A stretch of DNA of 64,000 nt, taken from the NCBI RefSeq assembly GCF_032062105.1, contig NW_026929552.1:62001-126000 (forward strand). The letters run 5' to 3'. The position numbers and the translations under genes are program-made. Shown here piece by piece: positions 11,601 to 23,600 of the stretch (position 1 is its first letter; each line of letters begins with the position of its first letter). This DNA comes from Saccostrea cucullata. Its lineage: Eukaryota. The notes below the pieces were generated by a model. The model had not been told where the DNA came from and did no database searches. It saw only the letters and a list, made by a program, of their open reading frames with translations.

Positions 11601-14600
11601 ATTTTTCAAAATATATAATTCATATACACAGTGACTGCTTATTTTACAAGGTGATTTAAAAGACATTGATTCAGTGGATCAAGGTTCTTTTTTTCCAATT
11701 TTGACATATATTTAAAAAGTAATTTCTTTGATTAATCTAAAAAAATATTATATTCATTGGATAATTATTGTTTTGTAGGGAATTCAAAGTCACAAACAAC
11801 AGTGTTGATATTGGTATAAAGTCTGCAGCTGGGTTGAAGCCTAAAGTCCTCACTCAACAAGAAATTCAGCCAGACCCAGAAAGTAAGTCATCACCAACAG
11901 ATGTCCTCAAAAGTCAGCTAAAAAGAGATTGTGGTTCATATTTAAAAAAAAAAGTTTTGTGTGTAATTGATACATTTCAAATAGTATTTTCATGTAGCAA
12001 AACATCATGCATGACTTGCATTAATGAAGAAAATTTTGCATTTGAATTTAATGTTTTGTTTCCATAAAAGCACCCCGGCCTCCCAATGCTGACTTCAGAC
12101 TGCTGAGTTCCAAAGAGCTGAGTGCTGCAGAAAAAGAGACAACTGCCAAATCTGTAAGTAGAGTAATCTCCCTTGTCACACTTACTTTATTTATATATGC
12201 TCATCTTGGACTCCATGAACAATTATTAAGGATGCTCCTTTTTAAGCGGTTAGCTAGCTAACCGCTTTATGGCATGGGCTCCAAAAATATCAAACTTCCA
12301 TAAGGCGCTACCTATCGACATCGCTTTATGGCACGTAACCTTTCCTTCTGCAACCAAAACCGGAAATTTCCACAAGGCGCTACCTATCGACAACGGTAAC
12401 TTCAGCAAAGCGCTTCCTATGATTTGTATACTGTTCATAATGGCCCCCTGGTGAGAGATTGACAATATGCTGTGTATGAAGAGTGGCTATTATAACGATT
12501 ATATCGAATTCTTATTTAAGTATTTACCAAAGCATTGACAATACTTAGAACAATAACTTCAAAGAACTGAGAATTTGGTCCTTATTACTTGTACATCGTG
12601 CGATCTCGATTTATAGCAACTGTTAGTTTATTTTTGAAAGTTGAACGATACGGTTAATTATACAGCAGGTTGAAGGTTATTACAGACTGCAAAAACATCA
12701 GCAAATCTCTCGATCGAGTTTGATTTTCCTTGCCAAAGTATTAAGAAACACCATTTATTAAGTTAAGTAATACCTGAAAAATGCAGTTAAAAAGTACATC
12801 TGTAAGGTTTACACTTTTTGTAACGTTTTTATGGAAACAATAGGATTACCTCCACAATGAAACGTTTGTTTTCTTCTCTTTTCTTCTCTGTCTAATAAAC
12901 AGTATTAAAAAGTATTACAAAAACAGAATGTCTGTCTTTTTTTCTCTGATGGCATTGGACAAAGATATGCATACTTAAATATCATTTCATGCACTTTTTT
13001 CGGCACATATAAGATGAAAGCATGCTAACCGCTTTTCAGTACTTTCAGTACTTTGATTTCTAAAGATATTTCTTGTTCAGTAGATTATTATGCACTATAA
13101 GTCATGTCGAGAATTTTATAAAGAGTTCACATCTTAAAATCATGCATGCTTACATAAACTCAGAGACTAAAAATGCTTCTGAATTGCTGTTATTTTTGTT
13201 TCTTTTACTATTACAGGTATGTGAGGGTTTGAATGCTGTACCCACAACTAAGGTGGAGAAAACTGACTGCTCAAAATGGCTGTCTCCACAGCAGCTCCAC
13301 CAGGTGGTGGTAGGGCCCGCAACTCTGGACTTTGATAAAGTCTGTCTGCGATCTGTTGTTACCAGAAATCTCAGCATTATCAACAACCTGGACCAGTACA
13401 TACACATTGTGGCGGAGGTATTTTATAAACAAAACTAACAGGAGACAATTTATGGAGTATTTTGATTTACTGATTTTAAACAGTGCAGATAATAAACAAA
13501 TAATCATTGGGTTTTATTTTAGATTGATTGTCGAGAATTGCGCCAGAGTAGCCCACTCTCTCAAGTTGTTCCACCCAGATCCAAAGCCCATCTGCCCATT
13601 GTGTTTGAGTCCAATGTAAAAGGAAAATTCCAAAGGTAAAAAAAAACTTTCTGCCTGGTTTGTTATCCACTTTGTAGGGCTGTTAAACTGATTCATAAAA
13701 GAATTCTCTACAGCAGTTTTTGTCATTTCAAATTTCCTGAGAGAGGATAAGACTAATTTGCTTCGCATTAGCTTAAAGAACAAGTATCAACAGACATACT
13801 AATTTGTAGTCTTCTTGAACATTATTTTTAAACTTCAAAAATTGCAATTTTTTAACAGACTTTATAGGATACAAGTCTCTTTTTACATCAATCATATTTA
13901 ATGTGCTGGTTTAGGTCAGTGTCATACACAATAAATGGATTCTACAAGCATCATGTTACCGTGGTAGCAGAGGTCGTTGCCGTGGCACTAGAACTCTCCA
14001 CAGAAGAACTGGTTCTCTACCCGTCCTACGGAATGCCAGCAGAAGCTGGTGAGTTCTCATCCATTTCATACAAGGACATAATCTTATTGAACAGATATCC
14101 TCTCTAAATCATAGGATTAAAAATAAATCAAGTCTGAATGTGTATTTCTTCTTCCTTCCTTGCAAAATTCTTTCTGGTTGACTGTATATATTTGTACAAT
14201 GTACTTAAGTACATTGTGTCTGGTAATGGATAAAAAGATTATAATTTGAAAGGACACTCCATTTTCCTTGTTAAATTGACTTGCTGATGTCCATATAATC
14301 TGCTTGACAACATTCATATTTTCTGTCTCTGTGTTCATTCTGTCACATGAAGGATTGACTTGGTTTTCTTTGTGCTGTAGGTCTTAGGGGAGTGATAACT
14401 CTGAAGAACACCCTGAACTACCCGGCTGAGTTCACCTGGGCCCCCAATCTGGGAGAGAAGGGCACTGCCTTCTCCATTAGACCAGCCACAGGTGAGGTTC
14501 TCAGGGGACTTGTATTCTTATGGTTTCTTTATTCTTCTACTAGAGATAAACATAAAAATCAAGTTAAATGGATTTTGAGCTCTGCTGAGTTAAAACATTT

Positions 14601-17600
14601 TATTCATTGGAGCCCTTGTAACAGACCATACCTGTGATCACACTTGTCTATAGTATGAATGTTTTGTTTGTGATTTTGTAGGTACAGTGGACTCTTACAA
14701 GGATCTGGATTGTGAGGTGGTGTGGCACCCCTCTTACCTTGCCCCCGAGGACGGGTCATTCTCCCTGATGATCCACGGGGGGCCCACCCTACAGCTTCAG
14801 TGTCGGGCGGAGGTATGCCAGGGTGTATTTCCTACAAACCTGACCACATTGTATTTTTCCTACAAAACTTGACATGATTAAATTTTATTGCATTTCAGTC
14901 CTCACACTTACTTTTTTACATTACAAAAAACATTTAATTCACAACTTGCACCTTGCATGCCTCAAAGGAAAGCGGACTGTTAAACACACAACGGTAAATG
15001 TACAGTGAAGCGTATCAATGAGTCAATCACATGATCAGATAATCATCCTGGAACTTCAACATGTACATGATTAGATATATAACGGGTTTATAATATGACG
15101 AGCATGATAATCGTAATGCATGCTGTGTCAGAAAAAAATACTCTGAAAAAATTCCATATTCCTCTTCATTTAATCAATTTCTACACATTTATATTACTTG
15201 TCTTAGCATGCTTAGTTTTAATCGCCGGTATTTAGTTTTTAGAGTTACATTGCACTATTTTTATTTTTACAAAAAACATTTAATTCACAACAAATTCATT
15301 ATCATTAAAGTAAACAGAACATTACACTGGCTTACTGTATCAACAATTTTTCATTTAAGGTTCACAAATTTTAACATTTGTGAAGTAAGATACAGGATAA
15401 ATCCTTTTCAATTTAATTTTTATTTTTTAACTTTAAAAAGTGTAAGTTGTTCCAATGTTTTGTGTTGCAGTGGTTAAGTCTAAAAATAGTCAAACCAATC
15501 ATTGATTAATGAAGATTAGGAAGTCTAACACATTTTTATAAACATACCATGAAATTATGAAAGTCAAAGGTTTAAAGAAATTAACCCTTGGATTGTAATT
15601 CACATACCTAGAATGAAGCATATTTTTATGTACACTTGACAGTTGGGGACCACTAATGTCCAGTTTGTGGAGAGAAGAGTCATGTTTGGACAGACCCCAA
15701 TCAACATTACCACCACCAGGACAGCACTGCTGGCCAATACAGGTCACACCCACGCCTATTTCCAGGTCAGTGAAAGACTTCTTTATAGAATTACATGTAT
15801 AAACTTAATAATAATCCTCCTTGACTTTGTGTCCAATTCTGTTTTTTAACTTGATGTAGAATTAAGAGCACAACCTTACCCAAGAGAATGAGAAAACAGA
15901 TATTATCATAAAATTTACATATTTTCAAAGTTCGTTGACCATTTTATTTTGAAAATGAATTGTTTTTATGCAGTCACAATGACAGAGGTACTTTGCCCCT
16001 TTCTTTAGGTTCTGGACCCCAATCCCTTCCCTGGGCTGGTGGTAAGCCCTATCCATGGAGTTGTCCCTGTAGGGGGGCACGCAGAACTGAAGGTCCAGCT
16101 GACTCCCGCCGCGATTCTCAAGTTTGACACCAAGATACAGGTGGCCATTAAAGGAGGGAAGACCCTGGAGTTAAGGATGGGAGGCAACGTAGAACCCCCC
16201 ACTGTGGATATTGATGTGGTGAGGAATGAGGATATCTAATCAAAAACTAAACTAATCAATAAAATTACTTAATTGTTTATTAGAAATTAAAATCAAGTTA
16301 ATTATAAAGAGATCTTTAAGAAAAAAAGAGTTTCCGAAACTGTTCAGCTGTTCAGGGATCATCAAATAGATTCCTGATGGTGTCATCATGTGAAAGATTT
16401 ACTTTATCTTATCCTGTTTTTGTAATTACAGGCGACCTTTGACTTCAGTGGTGTGTATTGTGGATCTGGTTCTACCATCACCTTCAAACTGACAAACCGG
16501 GTAAGAGTTATCACCCTTTACAAAGTTTGATAAAAATAAAGAACAAATCTTTAATTTAGTAATAAAATGTTTTGAAATGGTTTTCTTCAATATCTTTACA
16601 TGTACCGAGGTATTTATCATTTTAAGATTTCTGACACATTGTTGAGATTTGTTGTTTGTATAATATTAAGTGCATAAAATTGCTATTTTGGCAAAGTACA
16701 CTGGCTGTTGATCTTTTTTCTTTTTTTTAAAAATTATTTATACTTATCTAACGCATTTATTATCAACAGGCAGTGACAAAGTGTAAGTTGGAGTTTGATC
16801 TGACGAGGTACCGGGACTTCACTCTTAATTTCCCCGGTTACCAGACTCAGGACGATTACAGCTACCAGCTCCTCAACCCAGGAATGTTTACTGTTACCAT
16901 GGCACCAGAGGAAACCATCGAAGGGGAGCTGATCTTTATGCCTACAGAGGTAAGATAATTTATTGATATCTTAACTAAGTACAAAGTATTTCAAGTATTT
17001 ATATTTAGAATTATGAAAATTTCTTCCATCAAAGAAGAACATGTGATTTTAAAGTTAAGATTTATCAGTATTGAGTGTATCATGCTGCAGATGTTTTACC
17101 TCAAACAGTTTGAATGTAAAAGACAGTTTCTTATTACTTTTACATGGAAATAGGTGAAATGATGTAAAAATATATAATTGCAATTTTCCAGTATGTGTCA
17201 TATTTTCTCATTGACCAGAATATTTATAGAGATAAGCTTGGACTTGCAATTTCTTATTGTAAAGATCCTTATTTTTGAGTTTAGGATCAGATTGTAATGA
17301 TATAACATTTTGTTGGTAGGTGGCAGCTTATGACTTTGTGATGCCGGTCATCATTAATCAGATTGGGGCCCCTTCCCCGGCCCCCACCCCCTTCCCTCCC
17401 ACCCCAGCCCCATCCAATAAAAACAGCCTGCAGCACATCATAAACCCCCGCCCACAGCCTCCCCAGGTAGCCACCCCCAGGAAGCATGTCATCGCCACGG
17501 CGCTGAGACAGCCCCTTCAGTTGTCCTCCAATAAGATTGAGTTTTCTCTGCCGTCAACGTTTGAAGATCCCACTGCTTCAACAGGCATTGGTGTCACAAA

Positions 17601-20600
17601 GGTATATATATATATAGTCTTCTTTTTGCTTAAGCTCATATTTAAAGAACTTTTAAATTTTTTTTTGTATTTTAAGAAGTAGCAATAGATCACTGCAACT
17701 AATAATTTATTTTCTTTGGGCCAAAAATTGCACTTATTTTAAATGCACATTAAATTTGAGTTTTTCAAATTATTATTTTTTTTGGAAAGTAGGAGGGGCA
17801 CTTGTTTAAAAACTAAAGGTGTTCATGATATATTATATGCTTTTTGTTTTCAGTTTAAAATGATGGAGGTAACAAAAGTCTTGATAGTCATTTTTTCTAC
17901 ATCCCAATATATGCTTTAGTTCTATCATTTTGCTTTCATATATATGCACACTTATAGCAAAAATATCCATTGCATATGTATGCTATTTTCTTGCATCAGC
18001 CATTTGACTCTGCAACAGGTAGCTTTGATGTATTTACAGTTAGAACTTGTTCTTTAAAAACACTGGTATCTTGAATGCCAGGGATAAATAAGTGATATGG
18101 CAGTCCTAACCATTTTCTCAAAATCTCTGAAATCTTGGTCTCATCAAATTTGACTGTATTTATATATGCAATTTTTGAATGTTAAATAAAATAAAATTCA
18201 TGTCTTTCATTCATTCAAAAAGTTAAATTTTCTTTGTTTGAAATTGAATTTAAAAATGAATATGAAAGAAATCTGGGAATAGGCTTTTCATGGTTGACAC
18301 ATCAAAGGAAATTTCCATGATTAGTGAACAAATGTTGACATCAAAGCTTAAATGTTTGCAACCTATTCATGCTGGTGATGGCTGTATACTTCTGTACTGA
18401 AAATACATTCAGTTTGAAAATGGACAATGATATTTTATATTAACTGTTAGCTGCTATGCATATTTAAATTTCAGAGGTCAGTATATGATTAACCCGCAAT
18501 TACATTTTCAATAATAGTTAAAATACTTCTTAGTAATAAAGAATGATTTCCTCTAGTGTTAGAGATCTCTTAATACTTCCTTGAATTAAACATTATACCC
18601 CTATTTCTATAGATGTGATAGATATTTTTAAAAATATTTAGATTTATTTATTTAAACTAAGATGTATACAATTAGGATTGCATTTTTTTTTACTTGAATT
18701 CAAAGTATTGTATAATTATCAGATTACAGATACATACATGTATATGAGATTTGCATCTAAACCTTACAATATAGGCCAAGATGAATAGAATATAAAATCA
18801 GGGAGTTAAGATTTAAGCAATTATAAATCTCTTGGATTTAACTTTGTGACTTCTGTTGTTTTTTTTTAATCTAAGGAAAATTAAAACAATCGTGAATATT
18901 AATAATTTCATTCTGTTATGATTTGTAATCAAGATTTTTTTCTTTGATTTTTTCAGAGCACAATCCTTGTTAACAACAGTGACAAGCCCCTGAAGTGGCT
19001 GTTTAATTTGACGGAGAAGGTGGAGGCTCTAGAGGAGGGTCTGTTTAAGTTTACCCACTCCTCCGGGGTCCCCTTTGTAGTGATGGGAGGGGCAGAGAGT
19101 AAAGGTATCGAGGGAACCCTGGAGCCCGGCAAAACACAGCAGATCTCTGTCGTGTTCTGTCCAAGTAAGTACATGTTCCTACAAAAAACATCTGGAAGAC
19201 AAATGATTGATGAAATGGCTTTCAGTATAACCAATATTTTTACTTCTATTATCAGAAAAACCAGGAAAACATGAGTGTGTGATTCCCATCTTCATCAACG
19301 ACAATCATGAGAAGCCTTACCAGTACCTCCAAGTGATCGGAGAAATGAAGTCCCCCAGGATCTGGTTTGACCCCCTCGCCATAGTGATGACCCCTGTCCC
19401 ACTTCTTACAGAGGTCAGCACAGAGTTCACCGTGTTGGCTGCCCAGTATACAAAGTAAGTCCATACAGTTAGTAACAAGAGAAGTGTGTGCTTTCATCTA
19501 AATCCTCAAATTTAATAGAAGTTTAGATGATTCAAGTAAATTTAATAGTGAATTTATTTTGAGATGTTCAGTAATAGATTTGACAGTTTAGTTATTTATG
19601 GAGTATCCATAATGTTTACATGGAAATGACCTTTAACCTTGTTTATTCAGGGCTACTGAGATATCTGTGGAGCTACCAGAAGTTGAGAGTGAGGATGGCA
19701 GTATCATAACTCCACTGACAGTCAGCTGGCCCGAGGGATCATGTAAGTCTTTTACTCCACTTATTGTACCGTACATATATTTTATATAGAGGGGTAACCT
19801 GTCAGGCATGAAAATGACTCTAGCACTGCCTTAATACTGAGAGCATAGACAGATATAATTGAGGTTTTTATTTATTACAGCTGTGATAAAACCATGTAAT
19901 GGAGATGACGGCCAGATTGAACCCTGTGCTCTCTGCTGTAAAATTGTCTTCTCTAGTCCCAAACCAGTGTCCTTCTGTGAACCTATCAAGTTTATTGATG
20001 GCAATGGAAAAATGTAAGTTAAAAATATATTCTTTTGCTCACTGAAAGATCGGTGGAACCTCAGAACCTCAGGAACAATTTACAATAAAATTGATAATAA
20101 AATCTTAATTAAAGAGTCTTTTTTTGAATTTTACACCTGACATGAGAACACCTCCTCCATGTGATGTTGATTTGTTTATTATGTGATGTTGATTTGTTTG
20201 TTATGTGATGTTGATTTGTTTGTTTTGTGATGTTGATTTGTTTGTTATGTGATGTTGAATTGGTTATTATGTGATGTTGATTTGTTTATTATGTGATGTT
20301 GATTTGTTTATTATGTGATGTTGATTTGTTTATTGTAGCTTTAAGCTGATGGTGACAGCCACTGCTGATAACTGTCTTCTGACCTGCTACCCATTCCTGG
20401 CTCTCCATAGAACAGACTACCAGATAGTATGTGAACAGGTAGGTCCTAGCTCTCATTAGAACAGACTACCAGATAGTGTGAGAACAGGTAGGGAAAAATA
20501 GGAAAGTGAAAGCTGAAGTTTAATAAGTGACAGTTAAATGCAAGGACACAGTAGAAGCAAAGGGGGGTTACTAGTATTCAGTTAAGCTTATATTTGTAGA

Positions 20601-23600
20601 CAGAGTATTATTATATCATGTTTCTTAGTCCTTGTTTATTATAAACACTGATTTACGATATGAAAATTCCAGGGAGCATCTCCAAAGGGAAGAAAAGTGT
20701 TGGTTTCAAAGGACAATCAGAATGGCGGAGAGGCAGTTTTTATTCCATGTGCTTCACCTCAACACAACAGCCGCCCCTCTACTAGTGCTACCAGTTCTAA
20801 CTTCCAGGTCTCCTCATCAAGTTACGAATCCTCAGCCAGTGTTACAGGTACATGTCTTACTGGTTACATACATTCTATTTTCTTATTTGTAACATGTACA
20901 AAGCTGTTATCTTATTGGTTACATGCATACATGTATAATTGTTGTCTGATTAAGTTATGTCTGTTGCTGAAAGGCATAATAATTTGAGGATCATAATTTG
21001 TACTTTGCTATGATATGAATCATATGTTGCATGTAAAGCTAATAGACTGCAATCTCTTCAGATTCGTCCGATGAAAGTACTCCAATGAATCGTGAAGGAG
21101 CCATGAACAAGCCTCCTTCTGGATCAGAACAAAATGTCAGCCGAGGTCAAATGGACCTGGCCTCCAGGTCACTGGGGTCAGCCATGTTCCCAGACGAGGA
21201 CACAGATGAGGGAATATTCCACATGGAGGTTCTGCTGGCGGTCCAGCGGTGGTTCTCCTCCCAGGGGTGGCCAGGGGGACAATTCCCCATTATCATCCCT
21301 CATTCTCTACGCTGGTAAAAACTTAATTCACTTATAAATTTTACATCAATTCAGCCATTAATTTTTTTTTAAGCATCAGACATTAAAAACCACTTTGTTT
21401 TGAGAGATGTAATGCATTTTATCATTTGAAAACCAATATCACTTGCCCAAAAACTGAACAATAAAAGCATTTTATCTTGTTTTCAGTGGAATAAGCAGAA
21501 AACCAATCACAGATGACTCACCAAAAGCCGCCAAAGCTGGAAGCTGGGACACCAACAACCTGAAGAAGGAATTTAAGACTATCTACGACATGATCAGTAA
21601 CCTTAGTGGTCGACCGGTCCCTGGGATCCCCATCAACTCCCCCCTCCCCTCAGACCCCATAGAGAGGGTCAAACAGATCTACTGGCAGCACGCCACACTT
21701 CTCACCTTTCTCAGGTAAATTAAAAGTCAATAAATATTCCACATTTTCTGAATTTTTGTAACATTTGTATTTTTTTCCAGTGAGAGATATCTAACTTTTG
21801 CACAAATAAAACAAGTGGTTTTATTTTTTGGCTTAATTTTTTTTATTATTATTATTTTGCAAAAGGTTGTTGTAAATTATAATTTTTCTGTGATTTAGGT
21901 GCCAGGGAGCGTGTGTAGCGTCCATTAAGCCGGAGTACCTCCTAGAACCCCGAGACTACCATCTCTGGAAACAGATGCAGAAACAGCTGAAGCTGGAGCT
22001 GACCAAGCAAGGGGAGGTCACTCAGGCTAACAACATGGAAGAGGAGGAAGAGCTGGAGGAGGACGTATTTGAGGCTGTCTCCAAACGGGCCTGGACTGAC
22101 ATCCTACTACAGCTTCTCAAGGTAACTACTGGCCTATCTCTGTCAATAGATTTAATTCAAACAAGTTACTGGTAAAAAAAGGAAGGGGGTTGGGGGTATC
22201 CTGCCTAAACTTGAAAAAGTATATTTGTAAACATACACATGATTTATTATTAGAAAAAGAGAAAAATTATATTAAAAAAAAGTCTTCATATTTTTAAATG
22301 TGAAATTGTTTCTGCTTAATGTTAGATAGAAGGCCAACACATTTCTTTTTTTTTCTTTTGCAGACCCTAATTTTGTCCAAAGTGACCCCACGCTCACTGA
22401 AGAATACTCCGTCCCCAGATAAGAACATAGACCTTCCCAGTATTAACCAGGACCCGCTGAGTTCTAACATCTACAGCGTGGGGGAAAGGATCATCCTGAC
22501 ATGGCTCAACCATCACTACGAGACATACAGGGAACGAATCTGGACAGGGTGTACCAAAGGTTAGTACCCATATCTGAATTTTAGTCAAGTCTATAGTTAA
22601 ATATGAATATGGCCAGTTTGTACTAAAGGTTAATGCTCAAAATCTGGACTTTACTTAAGGCTTAAAATCTTTTGTGATAAGATTTTGAAAAGAAAAATGT
22701 ACTCACGGAGACATTTTTTACTGCTGCAATTTTAAATTTTAACGATGATAAAATGTGTGTCCAAATGATAAGTCTTCATGATTTATATGTATACCAATTA
22801 TATCTCTATAGGCGGTGTCCCTCCCTCGAGATGGATCGTGAACTATGACTTTGATCTGCTGGATGGCCTGGTCATTGGAGCAGTGTTAGGGGCCTATCTC
22901 CCATTCCTGGTGAGCAAAAAAATCTAAAATGACATTAATTTTCTTAAAGAAAAATGTTTTTCTAGGGCAAAAACCTACAGGTATTTGAGTCAGACTTTGT
23001 ATAAAATGTTTGTGGTCTATCTATGTAAGCATTTTGCGTTAACTGATTTTCAGCAAATATACCATTTTAGATGAAATATGTTTCTTCAAACTTCACTTTC
23101 ATATTGAAATGAAATTCGTACTGAGAATTTACTGCTGTTTTCTTTTTTAGATTAAGACCCATCTTCAGGACATGTACACACACCCTGCCACGGCCGAACA
23201 ATGTCTTCACAATGCTCTGAAGATTGTCAATGCCATGAGATACGTAGGGGTAGACTATGACATACAGGTACGGAGGTCTTCATTATAAACACATTAAAGT
23301 AGTTCTTTATCCACAGCCATTAGATACAATTCCTCATCTTGATCTTGAAATACCCCTATTCCTACATACAATGACAAGGGGGAAAACTCTTTTTCGTATC
23401 AATAAGTACTTTCTTCATATCATGCTAATATAAATACAGTGATTTTATGAAATAAGACTCATTATGCTGTTTTCCTCTGTGTTACAGGCAATAGACATCA
23501 CGGACCCCAATCCTATAGCTCTACTGATGATGTGTGTCCATTTGTATCAGAAGATTCCCCAGTATCTCCCTAAAGCCACTGTTGACTTCTCTGGTCGACT

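Noticed and set aside
12250-12465. Short ORFs with repeated HKALPID / SIGSALWK motifs
   Set aside because: Translation of internal DNA repeats of a non-autonomous element inside a CFAP47 intron.
20159-20334. Regular short repeats as a CRISPR array
   Set aside because: No unique spacers, eukaryotic intron, no cas genes; it is a minisatellite.
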